Source: Rhizophagus irregularis (Eukaryota). From it: 64,000 nucleotides of DNA. This document shows positions 48,751-60,560 of the stretch, one piece after another. The stretch is from the NCBI RefSeq assembly GCF_026210795.1, contig NC_089429.1, positions 1,798,001 through 1,862,000 on the forward strand. Direction: 5' to 3'. The notes under the pieces are model-generated. The model worked only from the letters and a program-made list of their open reading frames with translations. It was not told the DNA's origin and made no database searches. Positions within the stretch are counted from its first letter, which is position 1. Each line of letters begins with the position of its first letter. The translations under genes were made by a program, and so were the position numbers.

Positions 48751-48905
48751 TAGTGTTCCGAAAGGGACGGGTCGAACCCGGGTTATCCGAGTTAGACTAT
48801 AATCGGATCAAGTCGAATCCGGGTCATTACTTTTACACTTGGATCGAGTTCGAGACTTCGAATAGACCTCAAAACCCGACCCGACTCGACCCTTTTGGAA
48901 CACTA
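48751..48905. mobile_element. 155-bp hAT-like MITE
   Basis: TAGTGTTCCGAAAGGGACGGGTCG vs reverse complement of right end TAGTGTTCCAAAAGGGTCGAGTCG. Internal ACCCG/GTCG motifs. GTTAAAAA at 48740-48747 and 48906-48913 is a possible 8-bp TSD, offset by 3 nt on the left. Confidence 0.8.
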
Positions 48906-49474
48906 GTTAAAAAAAAAGAAAATTTCATCGTTATAAAATTTTATACATTAAAAAACAAATTTAAAATCATTTACATATTGCTCGAAAATTATCAGAATGG
49001 TTACCTTCTAAAACTTTTTTTTTTCATTAAAATTTATAACGCTTTTATATTTGGATTAATATTTAATATTTAACCCACTATATATTTCATAATTATCTTA
49101 ATAAAATATTTACGAACATTGCAAAATATAAAGGAATTTTTAAGTCGTAACATTAGTTTTATGCCCATACGAAGTAAATCAATAAAATAAATAATAATTA
49201 AAAGTTTCTAGGTTTATACAATATTCTCATTGGCTCATTATTAAATTTAAAGTTGGTTGATGGAAAAGTATAGTATTTAAAATTTATTTTTATTCAAATC
49301 TTTTTATAATAAAGAATTTTTTCTAACGAACGAATATCAAGTAAAATACTTCTGTTAGTTTTATATAACAAATAGTAAAATTTTACTGTCTTAACTTCAT
49401 TAAACTGATTGTATGGTATCCATTCAAGCACTATATCATAATCATCAATTTCTAACTGCATTTCTTGAATGAAC

Positions 49475-50947
49475 TCATCTTATCACTTGGAATACTTCAT
49501 AATTTTCTACTATAAAATTTCCTGGAATACCTATCTTAGGATAATAATTACTATTATAGCAAGACCAATTATTAGAACCCGGGCAATATAAATCACCTGT
49601 ATATGGCCCATAATCACTATAGCAGAAAATAGCACAATCTGTATTATTAACATAACCTAATTTTGCCGTAGAAATATCTTTTCCATCTGTAAAATTAAAT
49701 AAAAAACTATCTGCAGTTTTTTTCCATTGATGTCCATTCCAATCAAGAGGATTATACCCTCCAATTAATTGCGTTGAGCCTTGAATTTTTGCTACCCAAA
49801 TAGTAGCTCCTTTATTATCACAATTTTTATGAAAAGTCTTACCATTAAATCCATCTCTACTTGAACGATATAATAATTTAAATTCATAAGGGATCTCATT
49901 TTTATTATAAGAGGAATCCTTTTTATCAATCCATGAAGCGAATAAAGGAATGTGATTTGATTCAATTAATGTTGAATCAAGTTTAAATTTCAAGTTTAGT
50001 TTTCTTGAAGGTGCTACATTAGTTTTGGGTTTCATATTAGGAACTATATGAAATTCCAAAAGATTATGAATTAAATCCTGAGGCAATACTTCTTTATAAC
50101 AATAAACTTTGTAAAAGAAATCTGCAGGTTCAATATCATAAAATCTAATTAAAGGAATAAATCTATGTAGTGACCTTTCAATCTTTGTAATATCTTCCTT
50201 ATTCCATTTTGTTGGATCATTTATGATATTTTGTTGAGAAAAACACCATTTTAATAAACTTTCCCAAATTACAATTTCATCTGTATTTAAGTCATCTCGT
50301 TTTAATAATAATTCCAACAAAGGAGCCTTTAAATTGATAAATTTATCTGAATTAAATAAAATTTCAGGTTCTTCACAAATTTTTTCAAGACAAAAATTCC
50401 ATAAATCAGTAAATGTTTCATGTTGATAAATAACTTCAAGAATACCAGTTGGATTTTGATTCAAAAATTCAGTTTGATGTTCGATCAAATATTCTTGAAT
50501 ATGAGAAACCAATTGTTGAATATTAAGCTCATCAACAGCTATCAAAAGTTTCAATACTTCAGGACCTTGTAAATTCTTTAATTCAATATTTCCACAATAA
50601 ATAAATCTATTGTTAAAAGATAATTAATTATAAATAAATATAATGCATAAATAAATGTTAAAGAAAATTTTCATTATTAATATTATAAATTACCTGAGAA
50701 TGATATTAAATAAGTGAGACGAAATATTTGGTTTCTTTAAAATAAATTTCCCATCTTTTTTCTCGGCCCACTCATTAGAAAATGCGGAACGAAAATATTG
50801 AGACCTGATACACAAAATATTAGAATGAGCATGAATTTCTTTGACGTTTGGTTCTTCTCCAGCATAAATGATAATATCGTATCCTAATTCCGTTTCAAAA
50901 AGTTTTTCATAATCACTAGATAACTCTGTCAAAAATTTCGAAGACAT
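49475..50947 (-). CDS. BTB/POZ-BACK-TLDc domain protein (two exons)
   Basis: Exon 1 50947-50694 (YDIIIYAG...HAHSNILCIRSQYF). GT-AG intron 50693-50607. Exon 2 50606-49475 continues in frame (R-FIYCGNIEL...), with TLDc motifs LLYRSSRDG, FHKNCDNKGAT, IGGYNP, YEVFQV. Confidence 0.93.
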
Positions 50948-53081
50948 TGTTGTTTAAAATGATGTTTAGGGAGGAAAAAAAATTTTGTAATGTAATACAA
51001 TTTAATAAAATTTGTACTAGTAACAAGTTAATGCAGTTGGGCTAAAAATTATGCGCATTGTCAATCCATGAACACAAATCATATGTATAATGATATTCTG
51101 TACATTCAGTTATTAATTAAAGCTTGTGGCAAGACGTCCTCAACCCAGAAGGTTTGTTGGTAATAAACCCGGTATAATAGTGATATAATGGTAGAGAATC
51201 AAGATAGAGAACGTAAATCATCCACTACGTGGAATTATTTATTAAGAACTAGATCAGGTTGATGCGTGGCAACTTCATTGCCACCAGATAGATTATTGTC
51301 AAAAACATAATCTTTGTTCACAATTATTTTATTTATTTTAAAAAAAAAATTGTAATTCCAAAAACTATAAAAAGTTTTGAAATAAATAATAACAAATTTA
51401 TTTATTTTTTATTTATAAAATTGATAAAAACATTCGCAAATATAAAATGAATATTAAAAATTATAAAAGTTGCTACTGGTTAGATTTTTTATAATAAAAT
51501 TTGCCAAAACCTGGTTAAAAAAACTGATTATTAAAATCGGAAAAAGTTGCTATTAGTCAGTAATGAATATGGTGAACATTAGTTTATTTGAACTACTATC
51601 ATATAATTTAATCAATTAAAAATCATTTTATCCCAAGATGAATTGTTTTTAGTTAGTAAAAAAATAAATATTTTATTAGTGATTTGTAATAAATAATTAG
51701 TAATTAATTTAACAAAAATTTTATCATTTACCAAGATATTTACTAAATTGCCAATGTGATCTATTAGTATTGTCCTATTTCAGTCAGTTCAAGAATAAAC
51801 ATAAATGGTAGAAAAAGAAGTGGCTTGATTAATAATATTCGAAGAAAAGAAAAATAATATTGTTAAACGAATGATTGTCAAAATGTTATTTACCAATAAA
51901 GTCACAAGATCAAATCTAAAATGGTAAATCAATTTTAGATTAGTAAACTAATCAGGACACTATTATAGTTTAAAATAAAATTAGTTAATTAAAAAAAAAT
52001 TGTTTAAAATAAAATTGGTTAATTAAAAAAATTGGCAAAAAACAAATTAGTCATCGGTAAATATGCTGATCTACAAATTACTCCAAATCAGCCGCATTTC
52101 CCATTAGTCACTGGGTGATCTGCAATTTTTTTTTTTTTATAAAAAATAACTTTAATTCGCAAAAAAAATTACAGAATCAGTATCTCTGAATCAGAATCTG
52201 AATCAGATACTGAATCAGATACTGAATATAATACAATATAATAATAATGAACGGTCATTTAGGTTACACAAACTTCTAAAAAAGGTGATTTTTTTTGGAA
52301 AAAGGAAATTGTTTATTACACTAAAAACGATGTACATATATAAAATTATATTTGTTAAGGTAATACAAATCTCTTGGCGAACCATCCTTAATTATATTAT
52401 GTTAATTAAAATTATTGTCCGGAGTGTAGCGAAAGACATTCTATTGTTATGCACTACTAGATGATTTGTATTTCCTTCATTTTCCCCTTTTCCTTTCTTT
52501 TCCCTTTCCCCGATCACCTCAACGTGGTGACCAAGTGACACCAAGTTTCTTAAGAAACTTGGCTAAGTCATAATTACATATTACATTAAGTCATAAATTC
52601 AGCAGTAGGTGGTTTAGCGACATACGTAATTGAATTTATTTTTTCTTAGGAGGGTTAGCTTTTAAAATTTTCTTTGGATTATTTGATAGTCTTTCTGATA
52701 ATCTTTCACTTAAAGTTCCTTCGAGTGGTTTTTTGAAGTTTTCACCCTTAAGGTTTTTCAAGCGGTTTTTTTTTTTGTTGAAAAAAATATTGCAAATTTC
52801 ACTGCGCATGACCATTGTACAGTAAGTGTTGACATAGTCTCCGTGTTTCTTGACCGCCATGTAGATAATATTGTGCTTATTCGACACTATTTGCTATAAA
52901 TTTCAATAAAAAATTAATTTGCTTAACTTATTCTTTACAATTTATATTAAAATTAATTTTATTGTTTTCATTTCAAACTTTTTTATTTATTCGTTTATTT
53001 TACTTTTGATCATCTCATGTAATAATAAGCCATTAAAATTTTGTAAATAAATTTATTTAAAAATCATAAGCATTTACATAT

Positions 53082-54629
53082 TTAGTAATACAATTTATTT
53101 ATAAAATCATGAACTTTAATACATAAATTATCATAACTTGTAACTTGAATATCATAAAATTTAAACTCTTCTACTTCATCTTTTAAATGAAACAGTTCTT
53201 TCCTTACATTATTAGAGTAATAAAGAAGACTTTCTATAGCTAAATTTGCGATCCTTTTTTCTTTCATGGCATATTTTTTAATACATGGTAATATTTCTTC
53301 ACTTTCTTGATACATCTTATTCCTGATTAATAATTTCTTAATAAAAGTATTTTTAGAATTCTTAAAAAATACTTCCAAATCATTTATATTGAATTTAAGA
53401 GCCAAACTTAAATATTCTAATCTATAAGGTAGAATCTGTCCTAAATTTTGTAATACAATTGAACTAAGTTTATCATCATAACTTAATTGATAACAACCAA
53501 ATTGACAAAAATTGATAGAAAGATAATTAAGATTATGTTGAATATTTTTCATTAAATTAAATGATGAATAAATATTTTGATCATCAAATTCAAGTATTTC
53601 TAGAAATTTGATTTTATTACAATAGATTTTTGCTAAATTAAATAATTGAAATTTAAATTCATGATCTATTGAAGATTCAAATCCAATATTTTCCAAGTAA
53701 TTACCAAATTTTTGTAATAATAATTCTAATGACTCAATTTGTGATACAGGGCCTTCATCCATAAATAAAGATTTTAGTTTAAATGGTTTAGTTAGATTAA
53801 TAATTTGTTGAATAAAAGCAGAATTTAAAGGATAACAATAAAGAATATGAATTGAATCTAAAACATTTAGTTGTTCAAATACTTCATTAAAATTAACTTC
53901 CCAATTATTTAAATAAACTTTATGAAATATAATTATTTTTAAGGTATTAGAACAATTAGAATATTTTAAACTTGTTAAAGGATAACTACTATAATCAAAA
54001 AAAATTGTTTTGAGATTTTGTTGAGAATTGAATATTTTGTGAAAATCTTGAAATGATAATAAATTATTACTATAATTCATACGTAAACTTTTAATATTAA
54101 AAATGAAATTTGGATTTTGTAGAATTAATTGTAAGAAAGATTTGAAAGAATCACCATCAATCATTCCTAAAGTAGTTGAAATTTCAAAAGTATGTAAATT
54201 AGCTTCATTTTTGATGAATATTTTGATTAATGACAAGAAAATAAATTTTGACAATTTAAAATCTTTGTTAAATTTTGAATCCCTTGCATTATCAATCCAG
54301 TTTGAAATAGAACAACTAAAGGTTCGTGTACTTAAACATTTAATAAAACTAGGATAATTAAATAGTGTACTCGAAGGAAATATGATTCCATATTCATTCA
54401 ATTTTATTTTATCATCTTCATTTAATTTATTCAAGTAAATGTCAATAAAGTAATAGTTTTTAGGACAATTTTTCGAAAACGGGTCTTCCCACAATAAAGG
54501 AATTGCTAGACGACACCATAATCTATTAACTAGAATACATGAATGTAACGTTGAAAAATCATTCTGAAGATACTGTATAATTTCACTTGTTATTTCAGGC
54601 AAACCAGAAAATATTTTTGAGCATCCCAT
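53082..54629 (-). CDS. F-box-like domain protein (paralogue 5)
   Basis: 515-aa ORF MGCSKIFSGLPEITSEIIQYL...SCILVNRLWCRLAIPLLWEDPF. Confidence 0.9.
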   Translation of the reverse strand: MGCSKIFSGLPEITSEIIQYLQNDFSTLHSCILVNRLWCRLAIPLLWEDPFSKNCPKNYYFIDIYLNKLNEDDKIKLNEYGIIFPSSTLFNYPSFIKCLSTRTFSCSISNWIDNARDSKFNKDFKLSKFIFLSLIKIFIKNEANLHTFEISTTLGMIDGDSFKSFLQLILQNPNFIFNIKSLRMNYSNNLLSFQDFHKIFNSQQNLKTIFFDYSSYPLTSLKYSNCSNTLKIIIFHKVYLNNWEVNFNEVFEQLNVLDSIHILYCYPLNSAFIQQIINLTKPFKLKSLFMDEGPVSQIESLELLLQKFGNYLENIGFESSIDHEFKFQLFNLAKIYCNKIKFLEILEFDDQNIYSSFNLMKNIQHNLNYLSINFCQFGCYQLSYDDKLSSIVLQNLGQILPYRLEYLSLALKFNINDLEVFFKNSKNTFIKKLLIRNKMYQESEEILPCIKKYAMKEKRIANLAIESLLYYSNNVRKELFHLKDEVEEFKFYDIQVTSYDNLCIKVHDFINKLYY

Positions 54630-56096
54630 AATGTTAAGAGAAAAGGGGGAAGGATATCCTGTTTAAAATGTTCAAACAAGGCAGTTTATACTTTTCGGAT
54701 ATTCGGAGTTGCTATTCCGATATTGAACACAGCAGATCAGCTGATTGCAAACATCATTTCCACGTGATTTAAGTGCATCTAAATTTTTATTGGCGTAATG
54801 TTTGGTATATAACATGTGACTCGGAATATTTCCGTCTCCCGATGTCATCAAGACCAACGTCTCCACTTGTTGTCGCGATTTGGTTAATGTTAGAATTATT
54901 TTTGGCTTCTTTATTAATTAGTCCCTATAATTTGTACTGCGACTTTGTATATTTTGTGAGATAAATAAAAATAACAAGTATATAACATGTGACTTATCAG
55001 TTTACAGTTTTATATTTGTATTACTCTCGATTCTATTATATAATATCTTTGTAATCGTTACTGAAACTTTATTCTGTTAAATAAAAATAAAAATAAAAGG
55101 TTTCCAAGGTTTCGTATATAACATTTACAGTGTAATACCTATGCCCGTGATAAATCACGTTGCCACCATAGATATTAACAAAATAATACTTTATTAATAA
55201 TATAAATAAATACAATAATATGCTTGGTTTAATAATGTTAAATAATGGTTAAACTTTTATCCTTATTTTTCTAAATAATTTCAAAGAATTCGTAACCTCA
55301 TTTTTAAGTCAAAATCTTCCCATATTTATATTAATCTTTATATGGCGACCTACTGGATTATCCTTTACCTTTTCAGTGTCTCAAAAATATTTAAGTGTTA
55401 AAAACATTGCTCAAAAATAAATATTTGCCCACAACAAAAACGTTGTTCCACTTCATTCAAACAATGTCCACCATCACCACTTTTCCACTTCGATCTACAA
55501 ATTAGTCATATTTGTAATCCTTTAATAATCAACTAAATTAAATATACGTCATGATCTACAAATTAATCACCTGACATTCCAATCACTTGACTCATTAATT
55601 CACTTTAACGTCATCGCGGACGTTATATACTATTGGTTGGTAGTTTAATGTCATTCCGGACCAATTAAAATACAAATTTAAACTACTAAAATTTATATAC
55701 TAATATTAAATATAATACTGCGCCCCACAATTCATAAATTTACTAGGTAAGTACTATTGAGTATTGCTCTCTCATTCGTTTGTTCCGAACGTATATGATC
55801 AGTTTGAATGTTTCTCTGCTGATTTCCCACGCTCCCTCCAAATCGGCCAAATACGAGAAATTTAAAATTAGAAATGATTATTTCATTAAAATATATCTGA
55901 TATTGTATTTTGCTTTGATATTATTATTTTATCAATTATTTTCTCAATTATAATTAATAAATAAACAAAAATATTTGTAAGGTAATGGAAAAATTTTAAT
56001 AACGTTTAATACCAATAAGCACGTGATAAAAAAAATTGATTAATAATTTTTTAACAATTTTTTAAAATTAATTACACAATAAAATATGATATATAT

Positions 56097-56520
56097 TTTT
56101 CTTTCTTGTTAATCCGCAAAATTTTAAAGATCTCCATAAAGTAATTAAAGTACTGTATGTATAGAAACCTCTTTTCCAATTTTATTAATCATCTCTCCAC
56201 CAAATTTCATTCAAATAATGATTAGGATATTCATTGGTAATTTTCTGTAAAATCTAAAAATAAAATAGATTAACTGTCAATACTAGTTACAAAATTATAT
56301 TGATATAATTAACCAACCTTCATACCAGAACCTCTAAAAAAAATTTTCTCCTTACTTTTATCACAAAAGGTGGATTTGTTACGAATCTCCATTTTTGATT
56401 ACATTTAAGAATTCTGTATACTGTTGGAATATATACTGCTGATTCTTAGTTATTGTCGTCACAAAATAAATACAGTACTCTCCACCTTAAATCCTCATTT
56501 AAATACGTCCTATTTCTGAA
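56097..56520 (-). mobile_element. Relic of a Tc1/IS630-like transposase N-terminal (HTH) region
   Basis: Fragments NEDLRWRVLYL..PTVYRILK..KW and, after a short intron, ILQKITNEYPNHYLNEI..GKEVSI..TLWRSLKFCGLTRKK, with stops and frameshifts. Confidence 0.65.
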
Positions 56521-57053
56521 AAAATGCTAGTTAAAGTGTGATTCTTGTGTGATTTGCAAATTTATATTGTAGTGTTCGTAAAATGATAACTGCAAATATA
56601 GAGTTTTTTTAGTTTCGCAAAAAAAACCTGACCATAAAACATTAGGTGACAAATAAAGAATTGTGTCACAGCTATTTTGTGCGTTCAATTTCTTTTTTCT
56701 TAAAGTATCAAAATATTTCGCGAAAAAGCGTGTGAATGAATGACCATTATGGCCAACAAAACGATTTTGTTATGAACATACTAAATATTATTGTAGAATG
56801 TTTTGGAGATGAAGTTGAATAAACTATAAGGTAATTTCATTAAATAATTTTATACAATTTAACGTAATTCTAATTTAAAGAAAAATTATTATTACTTTAC
56901 ATATATAATATTATTAAAAAAAAACTTCCCCTATAATTATTTAAAAAACTTTGCTTAATTAACTACAAATAAAAAATTTATATATATATTTGAATCATAT
57001 CATAAGGTAAGTTACATTGCTTCTTTTCCCTGATATATAAATAATAAGATAAA

Positions 57054-57300
57054 CTATGAGAATGGAGAACCAGTATCAGCTATTGCCAATCCGGCTTCTG
57101 CGTCCCGCATCACGTTTCCAAATAGGAACATATCGACGTCTCAATCCCCCGGTGCTGCATCTGCTAATTTAAATTATCATTAAAAGAACCCTTAATATTA
57201 ATATGAATAAAAAAAGAAAAATTTCTTTTAAAGTGATAATTTATTTACCCGCTAAAACAATAGTAATGGCGAAAATTAACAATAAGTATTTGAATTTCAT
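57054..57300 (-). pseudogene. Two-exon small secreted-peptide precursor gene with an internal stop
   Basis: Exon 1 57300-57249 MKFKYLLLIFAITIVLA (signal-peptide-like). Phase-1 intron 57248-57164 (GTAAAT...TAG). GC-rich exon 2 57163-57054 ADAAPGD*DVDMFLFGNVMRDAEAGLAIADTGSPFS*. TATATAAAA ~95 nt upstream. Confidence 0.6.
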
Positions 57301-57465
57301 TATTGACTTTATTTGTAATTGTGATATATATAATTTTTAATTCGTTGTTTATTAATTTATTTAAAGAAATTTCTCACCTCTTTCTCAAAGTGTTTTATAT
57401 AAGAAAATTTTTTATAATAACACTATTTCAAATTATTTCATGAATCAATGAAGGCGAGGTGTACT

Positions 57466-57835
57466 AGAGTATTTTTCCACGTTTTTCTATATTGCGCCAT
57501 AGCTATGTTAAAATTTACAATTGAAGAGCAGAGCAACATGAGGAAATGTGAAATTTTGATATTAATAATATTTTTAGCCGCGATCATTTGTAAAATCGCG
57601 TTATTAATGAGGGCAAAGTAAAAACATACAAGAGTATTTTTGACACGTTTTTTGCATTGTGCCATGTTAAAATTTACAATTGGAGAGCAGCCACTTTAAA
57701 TTAATAATGAGTAAAATCGAGGTTTTGATGTCAATAATTATTTTCAACCGCAATTATCTGTAAAATTATTTTTTTTTGTTGATTGTGGTGAAGCAAAAGA
57801 GAGTATTTTGCCACGTTTTTTTACATCGAGCCACA
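57466..57835. repeat. Degenerate tandem repeat, ~165-bp period, ~2.3 copies
   Basis: agagtatttt..cacgttttt...gcca at ~57466, 57632 and 57800. atgttaaaatttacaattg.agagcag is present in the first two units. Confidence 0.7.
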
Positions 57836-58249
57836 ATCGGAACGAATGGTGCAATAGACGAGATCTATCTTTTTTTTTTTAAAAAAAAAAGAATAAATAA
57901 ATAAAAATATATAGTATATATTGTTCAAAGTGGTAACTAAGATCAGGAAAGTATAACTCATTTCTTTTATCTAATCAATAAAAAATGAGGACCAGTCACA
58001 ATGAGTCACATTACCGACAATCAAATGATCGACACAGATGGGTGATTGACGCAGCAAAATTATATTAAACACACTTCGTACCTTTACACATATATTAATT
58101 TATTCTGTTTAATAATTATAAATTAACTGTTAATGCTTTATAATTATATAAATCGAAGTTTATCAGTTATTTTTTATTCAATATAAATTTGTAATCATAA
58201 TACAAGTAAAAAAATAATAGTTTGAGTTAAAACTACAATGAATGATGAT

Positions 58250-58548
58250 TATGAGCAATGCCTCGCAAAAAATCTAAGACTGGCCTATCATCATATACCC
58301 TTTGAATTCAGGATTCACGCTCACGATCTTTTTTTTTAGGTAAATTTCGTCGTAAAATTGGTTCCATTTCTAATTGAACCCTATTTTGCTCTTTCTGAAT
58401 TTCTTTTATTATTTTAAATACGCCTACATGTGCATGACCTACTAATGTCTTCAACATTATTTTGAGTTCAATGAAAAGCATGTTCAATATTATCAACACT
58501 AGACCACAGTGAAGGTGGAAATAAAGGTTCAGATCAAATAACATTTCC
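58250..58548 (-). mobile_element. Relic of a MULE-like transposase C-terminus
   Basis: Fragments EPLFPPSLWS..NIEHAF..TQNNVE, TLVGHAHVGVFKIIKEIQKEQ, DRERES*IQRVYDDR, DFLRGIAHN, with frameshifts. Confidence 0.7.
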
Positions 58549-59671
58549 ACTAATTAAGATGCTAAAAAATTTGCATAATTAATTCAATTATGGTCAAAAA
58601 ATATTTATTATAAATTCGAATGTCATGTTTTATTAGAAATTAGCAAGTTCAAAATAAATCAAATTTCATATATTTTACATTTTATAATCCTAACTCCAAC
58701 ATGAATTCTTGTTCTATAAACGTAGATCAAACATATGAATATAATTTTATTTATATGTTATACACGTCTATATTTAACATGGTGAGTCAACTGAGCCATG
58801 TTAGTTGATGTTATTTAAATGGTTTCAATAAAATAATAAAAGATTATCTCCCGTTAATTAAATTCCCTTTATACTGTATATTCAAAATTAGATAACTCAA
58901 ATTATTAATTAGATTAGTTGCTCCAATACTCTATGGAAAAAGAAGTAAATAATATTATAATAGCAATATTTGTAACATCAAGGCCGTAAATTAAGGGTGA
59001 TATTTATTTTGGATACAAAATATAGTGGAGGATCGGAGAATATTGATGAGGAAAAGATAAAGATGCGAAATATAGTTTTTCCTCTTGCTTAAATAAATGT
59101 TTAACTGAACATTTATGTCATTTTTCGTTCTTGATACGTTATAAATAGTTGTAATTTATATGAAAAACAATTTCTTTTTGGAATACTACATATATATATA
59201 TATATACTGTATATATATAAATAAATTATATACAAGAAATTCCTTTCCCCGCAGATTTACATTAAAGTTTTAATTAAATAATCGACTAGCAAATCTTTAG
59301 TCTTTGTAAAATCAATAACCTCAATCTTACATATAGGATGAAGTTTGAAGTGTATCCTGCGAAAAAAAAAATCATTTAACGAAATGTGTTGTAGTAAAAT
59401 AATTTAAATATTTTTATTTTCAGTTTATATAATTATCTCGAAATTAAATGAAATGATAAGCCTTTATTATTCCAATTTACTCATCCATTATTTCTTATAA
59501 TAACAAAATGCAAGATAACAAAAATATATGAATGGAAGAAATTATCAATAAGAGAAAGAATAAATTCTTATCAGTTAGCAAGAAAATGACTCTCTTATTA
59601 TAATTAGGTTAATTTGTTTAAAGCAACTAAATCAGTGAATATGAATCTAGAATTATAAGAACGTCATAATT

Positions 59672-59979
59672 TCATTTCCGACAAAAAGGAGGACACTTCC
59701 AAGCTTGAAAAATAAATTATTATATTTTTAGAAAAAGGAAAAGAAAAACAAAATTAAACAGTAATAAAATAATGAGTTTAATTATTTACCTTCAGGGTTC
59801 GGTTCAGGGTCCGGTAGAGCTTGAAAAAATAAATTATTATATTTTTAAAAAAAGGAAAAGAGTAATAAAACAGTAATAAAATAATAAGTTTTATTTGATT
59901 ATTTACCTTCAGAAACCGACGCTAGGGTTGAAATGATTACGACCACGAAGATACTAGTAAAAAGGGCTTTGACATTCAT
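59672..59979 (-). CDS. 44-aa secreted peptide precursor (signal peptide, X-P/X-A dipeptide spacer, WKCPPFCRK), three exons
   Basis: Exons 59979-59907, 59819-59790 and 59703-59672. Two phase-1 GTAAAT...AAG introns (87 and 86 nt). Spliced product MNVKALFTSIFVVVIISTLASVSE-ALPDPEPNPE-AWKCPPFCRK*. A-rich context before the ATG; TATAAA at 60088-60083. Exons are GC-richer than the introns. Confidence 0.82.
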
Positions 59980-60126
59980 TTTTTCAATTATTATTGAGAT
60001 TGTTTATTGAATTATTGAAATATGAAAATTTAGAATATTTCACAAAATGTATTACGTCCTAACACCAAGTAAATATAACGTCTTTATATTCAACAAATAA
60101 TGTGGCGTAGTAATTTAATAAATTAT

Positions 60127-60560
60127 GCATGTCTGAAATGTGTGCCAGGTTGATGGCGCAGTGTGGCGCAGCGATTTTTCCAAAAAAAATTAAATTGCAA
60201 TTTTTTTTTAAAAAAAATAAAACCTTTAAATCCTGCACTAGGTGTATTTTCGTCCGCTCTGCAAATTTACTTAGAGCATATACAGGTGGTTTAGAAGGCC
60301 ATTTTCGAGTTATTTAACAAAAACTGTTCTTTCGACAAATCCAATTTGGAAATGATCGGCAAAGACGATAAAATCGGTTGTTATATACTAAAGTCAAAAT
60401 CTAATACTTTCATTTATAAGTGAATTTTGTAAAATAGATGAAAATACATCCAATGTGTAAATTTGAAAGCTTTACATTAAAAAGAAAATCTTTAACTTAA
60501 ATCTTTTTGAAATTACTGCGCCACACTGCGCCGTCAACCTGGCACACATTTCAGACGTGC
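60127..60560. mobile_element. Mutator-like MITE (434 bp) with 9-bp TSD
   Basis: TIR GCA(T/C)GTCTGAAATGTGTGCCAGGTTGA(T/C)GGCGCAGTGTGGCGCAG at both ends. ATAAATTAT is duplicated at 60118-60126 and 60561-60569. Confidence 0.92.

Noticed and set aside
52180..52230. GAATCA/GATACT hexamer run
   Set aside because: Short microsatellite-like tract with no supporting context.
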